In this document: piece by piece, positions 37,996-50,859 of the stretch | Numbering within the stretch: the stretch's first letter is position 1 | How the letters are laid out: each line of letters begins with the position of its first letter | From: Raillietiella orientalis | Taxonomy: Eukaryota | Direction: 5' to 3' | Length of the DNA stretch: 64,000 nucleotides | NCBI GenBank assembly: GCA_036172245.1 | Contig: JAYWIR010000005.1 | Coordinates: forward strand, 4,588,001 to 4,652,000 | Program-made: the position numbers and the translations under genes | The notes under the pieces: generated by a model | Seen by the model: the letters and a program-made list of their open reading frames with translations, nothing else | What the model was told of the DNA's origin: nothing | Databases searched by the model: none

Positions 37996-39100
37996 GATTA
38001 TCACCCGGTTATGCTGAGGCGTTTATTGCATAAAGCATTACAAATACATTGGTGTGGTAGAACCATTGGTTCTACCAATCGCAATGAACCCGCCGAGGGC
38101 CGGTTCGCAGACCGGCGAGGTCCGCTTCGTCAGCGTGGGGGAAGGGGAAACAAAAACAAAAAATAACAAAACACACCGGAACAGGGGAGGCGAAATTGTA
38201 CACGGGGAGGAAAGAAGGAAACCGAGGAAGGGATCACAGTACTCCGCCAGGCGTCCTCTGCATCCTGTTCTGGATACTGGCAAGTCCCGTTCGTATATCG
38301 CCCTGGTCGGGCAATCTCGAGGGGTTCTTCGGGAAGATCCGCGCTCAGTGGATTGAGTCCCCGCCGTCTCGGCCTCTTCTTCTGGCGTTCCAGGCCGTCG
38401 TGATCCCACGAAGACAGCAGAGGACGGCGAGGGACGCGACTGGCGGCAGTGCAGCATCACGCACGAAGAGGCGTCTGAAAATGTCCAGGGGGGGGACGCC
38501 TGGACCGAGATACCTAGGGTCGCCGCGAGGCGATCCCAAAGGGATCATCACGCCACCACAGTCCAACAGCAGGTGAGTGAGTATCTCCTTCTTCCCGCAC
38601 CTGTCACACTCAGCGCCCACACTCCCCCCCCCCATGTCCAGTGGTGAAAGCGCTCTCTGCACGGGATTCTTCCCATGCATCGCAAGCAACGCCAACTCCC
38701 GCCACTTGAGGGGAGGAGCGTCACTGTTCCAGCACGCTGGGAGACACTTCACCTCCTTTAGAGGGATGTCAAGCAGCTCTCTCCAGTATAGAAAGAGGTC
38801 CGTGGAGTGGGACACTCGGGATCGCAGCGTCCGTCACTTCTCGAGTTGTCCGCGTCGCCATAGTTTTTCCTTTGCTGCTATGCAGCAAGTCAGCTCTCAC
38901 CTTGCCGAGACTACACTGCTCCTTGTGTCCTTTAAGGAGGGCAGCACTGGAGCAAGGAGGGTAGACGAGGTCCACCGCATTTTCTGCGGGTTGCGGACGA
39001 TCTCCTTTGGAGACTCGCGAGCGTTGATGCCTCGCTTCAGGCAAGCGTACCCCGCCTCACTCGCGCCGTGGATCTTTCCCCATGATCTTTCCTTATTAAT
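37996..39100 (-). mobile_element. 5'-truncated L1 3' end, copy B
   Basis: ORF 38345-38815 contains KWRELALLAMHGK and CDRCGKKEILTHLLLDC. Terminal hairpin 38027-38001. Near-identical to copy A over ~715 bp. Confidence 0.85.
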
Positions 39101-39102
39101 CT

Positions 39103-39853
39103 GATGATGACAATCCTTTAGGGTTCTCCTGTTTCCACTTCTCTCCTTCCAGCTTTTTTTTTTTGGTTCCATAAGTTCTGAAGAGTCGTTCGCCTCTACA
39201 GAGGGTACTCACGAAGCTCTTCAACACTTCCCACTCCACCAGAAGGTGCCCCCCAACTTGAGTCACATGACTCTTCAAGTTGGGGGGTGACCCGGAGGAA
39301 TCACCCTATGAACCCAGGAAGGCTCCAGAGAAAGGAGTCTATTCCTCTCACGCCCGAAAAGTGAACCCAGAAGAAAACTCTCGCCCTGGTTGTCTCCAAA
39401 CGGAACCCGGAGAGGATCCGCCCCTTGTTACCCTTTTGAAGAGAACCCCGAAGAGACGCCTTCAAAGTTTTGTTTAAGGGTCGATCTCCGAAGGGCACAG
39501 CGCACTCCTTGACACTCTGGAGAGCTATCAGTCAACCAGCCTCATGGTACTCGATGGAGGATCACTCCCCGAGGAGGGAAGGACGGCTCGATTTTCGCAA
39601 CCAATGGAAAATCCCGAAGGGAACAGACTTCTTTTTTCCTGGAAGGACCCCGGAGCCTTCCCGGCCAGTCATCGGGGACATCCGGAATCCACCAGCGCCG
39701 TATCCAAAGACAGCCCAATCCGTTTCGTCCTGCGAAGGGGAATTCGAAACCCACGACGCACCTCCTCTTTCTCGGCGTGGATTCTCCACGTGGGGATTCG
39801 AACCCGTGGCGCTAGTGCCGCGCGCAGAGACGGCAGCCACACGGACAGCTGCC
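39103..39853 (-). mobile_element. tRNA-derived SINE, copy 6
   Basis: Two B boxes (GGTTCGAATCC 39794-39804 and GGTTTCGAATTCC ~39739-39751), T-run ~39154-39164 on + strand, tail CCCTAAAGGATTGTCATCATC. Confidence 0.85.
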
Positions 39854-40699
39854 AACAAGGACCATTGCTATAGGTCCCAAAACTCTTTTGCAAAGTCGAT
39901 GCAGGAAAAGCGGCTTGTCATTTCTTTTCTCGCGGATCCTGAACCCCTGAATAGAATGGATGTCCACCCAAGCAAGAAAAGGAAAAAAAACTTCTCTGAA
40001 GACCTCCGTCAACCGTGCTGAGCGCCCAGCGGCAGCCAGCACATGCAGACAGACCTTCTCTGATGGAAAGGGGAATTCTTGCACGTGCAGGTTACTCAGA
40101 ACACCACCGAAGGTCACAGATCGCTGAGCAACGAGAGTGGGCATCCGCTGGCTGCACTTGTCCAAGAAATCCACGGACAGTGGATTCGTGAGGAAAGCCA
40201 GAGATGCTTGCCATCACCTCAGCATGTCATTTCTAGGGTGACGGTTCACGCTCCCCGCTTCGAAGGAGGCCCGCGTCATTCCCGCTCTCCCAGATGAAAT
40301 CGGGATAGCTTTCGCGATGCTGCCATGGCCAGTCCTGAGATTATCCTCGCACCCTGGGTCATCAGACTGAACGCACCATCAGGCTCACGTGCTCCAGAAT
40401 GTTCCCTCACCTCTGCTGGTCATGAGGGAAAGTATTAGATACTCTTACATTTGAAAATGGGAGCATTGAAGAAGATAAGAGTCAACACACCATATCCGAC
40501 ATTTTTCCTTGGCATTTGTGGCGCACCCCCGTTCCGCGGTCCCCCAAGGAGGTCCCCTGGGATCCTCTAGACAAAAACTTCTGCCCTTCTCACAGCAAGC
40601 CAGACTCCCTGCAAGCTGTCAGCCGCAGACCCTGTTGAAAGTTTCATCTCTCCTGTGATCGTTCGACTGTCTCCGAACCGGAAGCGATCTGGATGCTGT

Positions 40700-42850
40700 T
40701 TCGAGCACATGACATTCAACCATGGCTCTCACGAAACAGACTCTGGGAGCTGAGCCGCCGCGAAGCACCTTCCCCGGAGTGCAGCAGACCAACTGGCCCT
40801 TCGTCCTCGACTAACCTATGCGCTATCGTTGATCCTTCTTTCTCTCCCCCTCCCTCCCTCCCTCACCCGCACACACAGAACCAGCGCTTCTTCGCTCTCC
40901 GCGATGCGGTCTCACTCCAAGACCTTGGCCCTCGTTACCGTTGCTCTGTTATTAGCTTTGCCCAAGTATGAAGCCACACAGAGCACCTGTGGCCACGTGT
41001 CCCGGCTATCATCTGCGTACCATCTGCGGCTGTGTTCCTAATCTACTGGCAACTGCTTCAAGGTAGGTGTCTTCTTTTCCTGGCTGAGGAGGTGTGATCA
41101 AGATGGCTTTCTTTCAGAATCAGCACTATAGTGGAAGTGTCACCGGAAGGTCGTTCGCAGTTGTCGTCTAAGCAAAATGATCTCTCACCATTCTTGAATC
41201 GCCAATGGCAGTCTTCCACCCAGGTTATCATTTTCAGTTGAGTCCTCTTGAGCAGCCAAAGACAACACAAAAATAAATTTACAGCAAAATGGCGTTTGAT
41301 TAAAAAAAAAGTTTTTGAATTTCATCGCTGTCTTCAATAACAACAAGAATCCCGCCCGCGCCAGTTTCATTTACAGGTGTTTCAGATATCCCTCATAGTT
41401 GTTGTAAAGAGACGCAGCATATTAACTTCCGAACGGATTTGCATCATGCGGCTCTTGGGAGATGGAGATGACCTCTTTCTTGGTGACCACGCCGAGGATC
41501 TCAAACATCTCCGATTCGGCTTTTCAAATCAATCGGGCACTCGTGGTGCTGGGATGTCGAAGTGCGAAACAGCAGAACTGCGGGTCGCAGAGGACTCGCT
41601 GGATGACGACCCTATGAAGATTTCTGCTGGGGAAGAATACGGAGGGGCGGCCAGCGGATTTCGACGGGAAAACGCTGGAAAATTTTGGAAACCGATCGAC
41701 TCCACCCAGCTGCTTCGCTGTCCTCGCCTCGCGGTTGTGCCTGGCTCGAGACGAAGGCAAAATTTGCAGGTTGAACGAAATCTTGAGCGACACTCAGAAT
41801 GTAAAAGACGTTGCAGAGGGTTTTTTTTTTCTTTTTCTTTTTTTGGTGAACGATTCTTGAGATCCGCGCCTCCCGTGAGAGACTTTGAAGGCATCTCTTT
41901 CCCCTGCAGCGTGCGCGTGAGCATCTTATTTGGCTCCTCCACCGCGAGAGATCTGCTTGATGACCTTCAAGGTTTGGTCGACTACCACCTTCCATTCCTT
42001 AGCGAGTTGCAGGTGAGAACAATTCGCACGTGTGGCTGCGTTCCGAAATGAGGACCAGCATGAAACCAGCGCGCCTGAAGTGTACGATCCTAAAGTGACC
42101 AGCTCCAGGAATTCCGGGACGGAAACAGGAGCTCGAAAGGAATCAAAGCAGGAATGAGAGAGAGATTTCATTTGGTAGCATCTGCGAAGGCATTCTTGAG
42201 AGTGTGTGCGCGCACGCACACTCACCATCCGAGTGTCAAGCACTGCATCACCATCTGAGATAAACCCAAGTCCGTGGAACATGCCCACGTGCCCGGCGAG
42301 GGTCTGCAATGAAATCACACTTAAGCGAAGCACGTGCCCTTGCGGAAAGGAAGGGAAGACGCAGACAGGATCGAACGGCATGCAAGCGAGTGCCGTGTGC
42401 GCAGCCTAGATGCCCTGCACCCCCACTGCACGGTCCGTTTCCAGCATCAGACATCCAGCCAGCTTCCGGACTGAAGGATTTCGAGAGCTCCGAGCCTTTG
42501 GCAGATTCTGGAGAGCCAGTGTCTCTAACTGGCTCTTCCTTTTTTCCCTCCAGAGGAAAGCGGGCAGCAGTCCAAGCTTGCTGCCTTGGGCATGCAGGGT
42601 CCTCAAAATGACCAAATTCTGAGGGAAGTCGGCATCCCTCGGACGAGAGCGGGACTGGAATGGTGTGTTCCGATATACAGCATGGCCAAAGCACACGTCA
42701 GGCTCGTCATCAGGGCCACCAGCTGAACCAGGGAGCTGGACCAGTTCTGGGAGAAACGAGCACTCTTCTCAGGAAGCAGCTCGCAGAGAGTGCAATTCAA
42801 ACACATCCTGGATACAACCGTGGCGCACAACAAAGGGTGACGTAGTGCGT
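40700..42850 (-). mobile_element. Decayed L1 5' half (ORF1 plus endonuclease)
   Basis: PVCVFPSFP...LQTLAGHVG...VSVRART...SCWSSF...ANC in ORF 41926-42381, then VLSLAAQE (~41268-41245). Confidence 0.55.
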
Positions 42851-43699
42851 GCTGAAAGCTAACTCAAGTCTCGAGGAAGTGGGTTCGAAACCACCAACTG
42901 CCACCATGCGACCGCGCTTTCCCCAGCTTTCTACACTTTGATCTTAGCCAAAAGGCCGAGAAGCGATAGTAACAGCGCGAACGCTTTGCCGGCACGAAAT
43001 CAGACAGGACGTAGCGAGGAGCAGTCCTTCTCCCGCATCTGGTCGCCAACCGTTCCCGTTCCCTGTACTTCTTCCCGGTTTCGTTGGAGGGCTCCATTGA
43101 TCCGCAGCGTGTTCATTGCGTATCTTCTCCGATGAGTCGGGAGGCTGCATTCCGCTGCCAACCACGCACTCTTGCGGAGATCTTCGCAGGGGACTCTACT
43201 CCCTGCTGCATCCCTGACCTCATCCCTTGCAGCCTCACGAGCCTTGAAGCTTCCCTCCTCCCGCGCTGCGCTCCTGCCAGGGCTGCCTGGAAAACGCTAG
43301 CCTTCGTCGATGGAAACTCGTGTTAATTTTCGTCCCTCCGCACCGCCATTCCCGAAGTCATGTGAGAGAAGGTGGCGGGGAAGGGGGGAGGGAAGGAGCC
43401 TTTCCATTCTGGACGTTCCTTGATTGCGTTTTCCCTTCGTATTCCCGAGAACGCCTCCTATTCGATCCTTGGCTGCATATCTCATGCGGCGTCCAAGTCG
43501 GCGGCAAAGGCGCCTCACTCCCTCTGATCAGCATCTCAAACCCGCCCAGCTCGCCAGGGCGAATTCCCGGAGGGAGAAAAGAATCCTGAAGAGGATAAAG
43601 AGGGTGGGGAGCAGGAAAAAAGGGGTGGGGGAAGAGAAAAACGCATTCACAGTCGCCTCTCGCAAGCACAGGCGCCGTCCTCCGTTTTCATGCACCATC

Positions 43700-44460
43700 A
43701 GATGGAAAAAGGTCTACTCGATAATCGCACTGGCTGGTTGCGGAGTCTTTCTGAGATTTTCTCGCGTCCCGGAGAGCCCCTTCCTCTCTCCCCTCCTTTT
43801 TCTCTGGCTTCGCCCCACGGACCAAGGCCTCACCCCTCAGCCTCGAACCCGTGCAATGCGTCCTGATGTGATGCTGGACATCCACTTCGACCTGTTGGTT
43901 TGCATTTATCTCATGGTCGCAGAGTCCACAGCAAACGAATCCTTCGAGGAAGAGAACTCTGATGCAAAGGATAAGTTTCTTAATCAGAGAGCGATTTTGA
44001 GGAGCAGCCGAGCCCACAGCCATCGATTTTTTCCCCGTAGGTCACTTCCTCTGGAAAGTCTTTTCACGAGCAAAGAGTGGCCTCCAGCAAACTCGGGAAA
44101 AGAGACACATCTCGGAGGCGAACCGCCTTACTGGACCGCTCTTTTGAAATAAAAGTTTGCAACAAGGACGGGACGGATGCGAGCCGGCCCGAGACCGGAG
44201 GGGGCAGTCCTCACGGGGGTCAAAACAGGGAAGGATTGGAGAAGGAGGAGAGAGGACCAGCAAGTAGGCAAAGAGACCAAATAGACCGTGCTGATCCATC
44301 CTTACACTGGTGAATGCTATTCCAGAAGACCCGCATCGGGCAGGGATGTGGAGGAGGGTAGGGTGCGGTCACTGGTTTCGAGCAAGTGTGGCCGCAATTC
44401 TCCATGAGGATTCCTTGCATGTCATGTTCCAGTTCGGAACGCTGCCATCGCACAGGGGCC
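43700..44460 (+). mobile_element. Decayed L1 ORF1
   Basis: LFTSKEWPP...EPPYWTAL (end of DUF4283, ~44060-44143) and PCMSCSSS knuckle remnant ~290 nt later, the usual spacing. Confidence 0.45.
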
Positions 44461-44599
44461 ATGGGAATAGGGAATGGCTCCCTGGGATGACTACCACACC
44501 CTTCTTGCATTAATGTGGCAGAGGATCGCCTGCAGCAAGGCAGCTGGTAAACCTGGGGAGTTGATGAGCTCCCTACGGGGCAGCATCCGATAGCAGAAT

Positions 44600-47500
44600 T
44601 GCCCCGTCCCTCCAATAGCTTTCCAGCAGCGTGAGAGGAAGGATACGTTTCTTGGGGATCTGCCCTTCTAGACTCCACAGCGACCATCGACAAGATGGCG
44701 GGCAGACAGGTAGCGGAGAGGAAGGACTGAGGCATCGATCAGGAAAGCCCCGTACCTCGAATTTTCCTCGTGGAATCCCAAGAATTCACGGACTTCGAGC
44801 AATGTCGTTGGGCGCCGCCGTCCCCCCCATCGAAGACGCTTTCCGTGAGACGCGGGTCGATCCAACGGGAAGCTGCCCTGCGGTCATCATCCTCGCTGCC
44901 GACCTAGGTGGAAAAAGAAGCTTCCCTTTGAGGTGAGGAAAGGAGCGTCCTGCGAAGCCGTGCCCAGAACCGGAAGTCAACCGCATGCCGGTGATGGCAC
45001 ACAAGAGCTCCTCCGGGCGAGCAGCGGACCAGCCCCTTCCAGGAGCGGGCGTTGCGTTCCTTGACGTTCTTTTCGCAGAGATATTCCCCTCTTCCCGCTT
45101 TTCGAATCCTCCCCCCCTTCACTCTTGCGCCGTGTCCATCCTCGTTGCGCGCAAGAGGAGAAGCCACGCGCCAAGACTTCCCTGGAGCGCTCGCGGCAAG
45201 ACTGCTAACGGAAGTATCCTTTCTGGAACCCCTTGGAACTGGTTGCAATCCCGCTGGATCCGGAAGCTTCCTCCGACACACCTGAGAGTGCTGCCGCAAG
45301 CAGCAACACCCCTCCTGCGCAGCTGTAGGCTGCTTTGGGTCTCAGTCCCGGTCTGCCGGTTCTTCAAAGCGAAACGCACGCGGCCCTTGAGGCGGAGGAC
45401 GCGAGCCGACGCCCAGCTCTCGGCGCCTTGGAGACGCGACGGGGAGTCTCTGGCTCGAATGGGTGCGGAAAGCACTCCCGGAAAGCCTTCCTGAACTTGA
45501 AAAGCCCCATTCGCAAACACGGTATCTTAGAGGGAAGTCTCCCTCGGAAGCTGTCCTTGAGCGCTCGCCGCGGTCCGAGAGACACATGCATTCCGATGGG
45601 AAGACCGGCACCTCGACAGGGCCAGCAGGGCCGGAGCCTGCGTCTTGCGAAGGACCAGTTTCCAGACTTCGGATCCGATGCAGGGAGGAGGGACGTTTGC
45701 AAAGTGCCCAGCATCTGGACCTTTGCCGGATGTCGCAGACCGAACAGCCAAAGCACAGATGTAACAAATGTTTGCTGCGGGAGCCGAGGAAACACAGCGT
45801 GATCGAAACCTGATCTATTTTTAGGGGAGGGAGGAACGGCGAGCGACCGTTCTAGAAAGGTTGCTGCAAGGACTTTCTAGAAAGTCTTGCTGCAGGTTGT
45901 TACACCCCTCTGTGACTTCAAGGGCAGCTCCCCCGCCCTCCGAAGAAAGAGCAGAGAAGATTTAGGAAGAGGGAATTCCAGTAAGGGGCGGAAGAGAGTT
46001 GCGTCTTCCTGATGCTCTTCTTTGGTTCTCTGCTGTGACCTTCGGAAGTCCTCCAGACGGACTCGGACGGGCGTCCCCACCGCTCGCGAGGCGGTGCGAA
46101 CCGAGTGTTCCCGATACCTTGGTGCTTCCCGTCCAGAACGCACGGACTGCGCGCCAGAGTTCTTTTTGTGAGCGCACCCCTCCCACCTGACCAGTCCCTT
46201 GCCGCGCTCTCCCTTCTCCAGGGAGGAAACTCTTTGCAGGGGCTACTTCCTTGAAAAAGGGAAAGGGGTAAGATGCGGGAGAAGGAAAGAAACCAATCTC
46301 GGAAGGGAGGGGGGCAGGTTCTGATGATGACCATCGGTGCACGTCGTTTTCTGGTGACCACTCCGACGGCTGCGTTCCTAGAGGTCCCTCTCTCTTCCCG
46401 AGTAGCCGATGCGGAACTCTTCCTCATTCCCGGTCATACCAACCTCCTGGAGGAACCTGTTTGAGTCCTGCTGGCTCTGTGAACGTTCCCGCCTGCCCGT
46501 AGATCATACTTGTTCCGGAGTCGGGGGGGCGTTTCTCACCCTGTTGCCCTGGGGCATTTATTTGCCAAAAAACAAAACTGAAGGTAAAATAAATGTACGC
46601 GCAGGGCAGGAGCTGAGTTTCCACTAAAACTCCGCAGAGGAACGAGGGAGGGTGTTGTCGGATGTGCACTTGGACCAGGAGTGAGACCAAGCGCGAAGAG
46701 GAACAGCACGCCAGCAGACGGACGGAGATAAAGGAACCGTAGGGGAGGAAAGGACCTCCAAGCTTCCGTCCTCCGTCCCTGCGCCACCTCCCTCGCTGCG
46801 GGAGTCAGGTGGGACATCCTGCCCGCTCACTCTCCGCCGCAGCGCTCAACAGCCGGACAGGAAGAGGAAGATGATCTTCTGCACTCAATGCTAGAGCTAC
46901 TCCGTCTCGAGGAGGAGGCGCCTTCCGCCGCGGTCTCGGACGGATGTTCCCACGTCGGACGAGGGAAGGTCTCTCGAGTTCTTCGGTCGGGCCGTCCGGG
47001 GAAGAGGAGGCTCTCCGATCCCGAGCGGAGGAAGCCACAATGCGGTGCAGCAACGGACACAAGGCGGATTCGGCCACCTGGCGTCTCTCCGGAGAATCTT
47101 TCTGTTGCACAGAAAGGGCACCGTCGTCTGCCACATGCGGAGAGACTCTAAGAAGGGATGCTCTTGGGGGAAGTTGAACAAATCCAGACAGCGCAGCGGT
47201 TACGGCGCCCGAGCCTTGCTGGTGTGTCCGACTGGACTGCCGTTTACCAGCGGAGTTTGGTGGTCCCCATAACGTTGCTTTGCCTAGGGAAGATAGCGCT
47301 GTGGCCAGTTGCATGGAAGGGATGCGCGGGTCCGCTCCTTCTGGTCTCACGTTATCTCTAAGAAGGGAGTTTTCCCAGATGATACACAAAAAGCATCGCC
47401 TACGGGCTTGCACTCGTGTCACCCGGACCAGGTGTCGACCGCCTCCTTCTGCCATGAGTTCAAGTCGGCCAGGAAGCAGGAATTTTGGTGGTTGTCTCCC

Positions 47501-49040
47501 AGAAGGGACGCCACCTGCCTCTGAAGGAAATTGAGAGGCTCCAGACGGTTGAAGGGTCGTCAGTTCCTCGCAGCTGGCCTGACACTTGGGCATCTAGCGC
47601 TCCAGAAAGAGTTGGGAACTGCAAACAAACCTTCATCAAGCTCGTTTCCACCAAGCCGCGCAGTCGGATGCTGTGGCTGCTTGCTCAGAATCCGACTGGA
47701 CGGCTACCACGGCCTGGACGTGGTGTGCTCGTGAGGCACCTGAGATTCCATGAGCATTGCTTGGATACTGGGAATCAGGTCGACCTAGTACCCATCCCAG
47801 CACCACACCCATTCCTCTGGAGGAAGTTGAACCAGCTGGAGATTCTCAGTGGCCTCCGAGTCCGCTTGCGGGTGGCTCCGCCGTGGTGTATGCAGGCAGT
47901 CTGGAGGCGGCCCGAAAAAACGGGATGGGGACGGCGTGTTTTCAGGAAGCGGGGAGCAATTTGTTACCCTAGGAGTTGATAGTCTCTGGCGCCATTCAAA
48001 GAAATCAAAGAGGCAGCGTTTCCGGAACCCTGTGCACCTTCTTGCGTGTAGAGATGAAGACTAGAGCTGCTGCGGGAGGAACATCGTCGGATGAGTACTT
48101 GCTAGCGAAGAGGAGGCAAGACGAAGGCCTCAGAGCTGCTTTGGACGGGAGATGCCCAGTGCCAGACGCCGACACTGGTGAGGCCAAGTGAGAGGTCTGT
48201 GGGCGCCTTATTTCATCTGCGGAACAATGACTAGGAACTCTGCATCTACGCCTTCCATCTCATTTCCCGGAATCAGATCCCTCCCTCTCACGCACGCGCA
48301 TTCTCCTTGCGCGTCGCATTCAAAAATCGGATATTCCGTCCTGCCTGGTCCAGCAATCTCCAGACATCCGCCGTGCAGCGAGCGTGCACAACCCAGCATA
48401 TGCCGAACAACTGCGAACTAGATGAAGCTTGCTTCAAGACGGGATTCCACCAGATCGGTTCTCCAGTTTCCCAGCCTCCACAGCCTTCATGGCCTTCCTC
48501 GCAACACGGCCACAGCGATGGCGTCCAGGAAACAACGTGAACATGGGCGTGAACGCTGAGATCCCGGCCCTCGGCCTCGAAGGCTTCCCGGAGCATCCCA
48601 CGACGAGCAGCAAGAGGAACGAGAAGGAGTCCTTAGCCCATTCCAAGTTCAGTCCCCAAATCCCGAAGGCTGGCAGCGGAGGCTGAGTGCTCCCAAGGCT
48701 TCCGGAGAGCATTCTTTGAGAGTGTAGTGGCACGCGTCCTATCCCCGCGCAGCATCTGATTGCCGTAGGAATCCTCACCTCCCGAGAGCAACAGCCAGTC
48801 GAAGGCGCCGGGTCCCTGTCGTTCCGAAGGGAACCCGCCGCAGCTCTCCAGCAGTTGAACTTGGCCTGCCGATGGTCGGATATGCCCAACCGTCCTACCC
48901 TGTTCCCGAAGTCTCACTGCTGAAGTCCAGGCCGAGCGAGACGCAATCACTTGCCGACCTTCTCCAGGAAGCTGAGCTTCTCCGAGAGCTGAGATGCCAG
49001 CCGAGGCTCCGAGAAGCAGGCGGAGGGTCACCCCATGTGT
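44600..49040 (-). mobile_element. Decayed plant-type L1 (ORF1, APE, RT). Its 5' part probably continues at 49700-50200 beyond an insertion
   Basis: ORF1 RVPLH...SLG and RCGR/CCEEGH knuckle (~48520-48485). APE motifs CSWNLR (47756-47739), GLVETSL and AEDHLPL (~46883-46863). RT motifs ELWRAV, KVLAATFLER and FANGAFQVQEGFPGVLSAP (~45520-45463). Confidence 0.75.
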
Positions 49041-49145
49041 GAGAAGCTCAGGGCACAGAGTAGCAAATTACAATAAATAATTAAGGTGTATCGCGAATTA
49101 TATTGCAGCAGATGCGTTCTTTATTTTTCAGCTTAACCATTTGGG

Positions 49146-49675
49146 TGCGGAGCTTATCAGATTGAAATTTTCCGTGTTGACGACACGCGAGTGGCAGCTG
49201 TGACCTCTGTGGACGGAGTGCATCTTCGCGTACCGCGCGCTCTGTCAGAGGTGCCACCGATTGACTACAGAAAGTGCCGATTAAAGTTACTGTTGTAATT
49301 GTCTGTTTACACCACATTAAATGAAGTATTTTCACTTTTCCCAAATACATATTATTTATTTAAAAATTGTAATTATAATTCCAATAAAATCAATAATTCA
49401 TTCAGATTTTTAAGCTATCCCAAAGATAGAAAAATAAATTCTATCCGACACCGAGAGAAACCGACAACAGTGAGCCGATATAAGCAGAATTTTGTTTACT
49501 GTCGTTACTAAGGTAACTATGGCAACGTAAGTGTATCCGTCCATCTCAAACCAACTGTCTCTGGATAGTGTTAGCTTATGTTGCGAGTATAAAGTAAAAA
49601 CAGTATGAAGTAAAAAAAAAAAAGGTAAAGGTAAAAACTTCGTCAGACGCATATATGTGTCCATAGCACTCAAAG
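49146..49675 (-). repeat. Solo copy of the PLE 3' UTR/pLTR-like block
   Basis: Clear nucleotide homology to 57146-57710 along its length. Interrupts an L1 ORF1. Confidence 0.75.
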
Positions 49676-50668
49676 GATTAATTGCATATCTTCAATTCGT
49701 GACGTGCACCCATTGAAAAAATGGCGAAGATGGAGCCAGAAATTCTTCCGCATCGAATTCATCAGCACTGAGAAACGACGGGAGGATTTCACGATGTCCC
49801 CAAAGGTTCAGCGAAGGAACGGAACCCGGGGAAGAGCGGACGAAGGAGTCCGCCCTCTCCCACTCAAGAGGGAGGAATGAGCTCGGAAAAGCCGCTGCTG
49901 GAGGAGAAGAGAAAGAAGAACGAGAGGAGGAGGAGGGGAGGGGGGAACGAACGTCTCCTTCCCGGACGGACCACATGCTCTGCGGTTTGTCTGGAGCAGA
50001 CCACTCCTATCGAGCAGTCGCCCGCGCGTGGACACGCGGAAAGTTGGCGCTCCGAAGCACGAAGGTCGTAAATGCTGAGGAAGCAAAGGAACACGCAATG
50101 GGCTGCTGTGACGTCTGCATTGAGGGTCTGATGAAACCTCGCTCTACGGCAGTGCTTCCGAAAGTGGGCGATACCGCCCCCTGATGGACGCTGGAACCAT
50201 TCAGTAGGGCGATGGTAGCCTCAATTGCAATTCGGGGGTGTTGAATAAAACTAGGGGAGGAAGGTGAAAGAATGAAGAAAGAGAAGATAAGAAAATTTTA
50301 AAAACCGTTCGTACAAGTTGCACCTGTTGTGTACCATGGGAAGTCGTAGTTAGGTTAGGTACTTCGTTTCCCAAACAAACACACAAAATGCAAGTTGTGA
50401 TCGGTCAGTGGTCAAGTCTGCCGACGGGTCTCGTCAAGCAAATGTTGACAGGCGAGCGTGTCGCGCCTTTTGGGAAGATCCAGCATGCACCTGCAGGAAC
50501 ATGTGGGCGTCTAATTACTTATTTACAATACGATACTATTAATAGGCGAAATTATGGAATCAGATTTACATTCTTTCTGAACTGTGAGAGGAGTAGTTAA
50601 AAACAGTGTAAGTGCATTAATTTTTAAAATAGTTTTGATGAAACATCAAGTTACACGTGAGTGTATAT

Positions 50669-50768
50669 CAGTGCTTCCCAAAGCGGGAGCTGGAACGATT
50701 CAGGGGGACGTTGAGTAATTTTTCATATGAAAAAGAGGCCGTAGGCCAAATACGTTTGGGAAGCACTG
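50669..50768. mobile_element. 100 bp MITE with hAT (Charlie/Buster-like) TIRs
   Basis: Perfect 14 bp TIR CAGTGCTTCCCAAA / TTTGGGAAGCACTG. The 8 bp flanks GTGTATAT and CTCTACAG both fit nTnTAnAn but match only 4/8. Confidence 0.7.
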
Positions 50769-50859
50769 CTCTACAGAGAGCATCAGTAGAGACGAAACCA
50801 ATGAGGCGGGCCTGAATTCCAGGATACTGAGATTGTGTTGGTGCATGCATGTGTCATAC

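Noticed and set aside
41377..42051. 224 aa + strand ORF as a host exon
   Set aside because: It is antisense to an L1 ORF1/endonuclease remnant and contains a T-homopolymer.
44220..44735. Minus-strand ORF as the C-terminal zinc finger of the 44600-49040 L1
   Set aside because: The plus strand gives a better ORF1 motif series with correct spacing. The assignment remains somewhat ambiguous.
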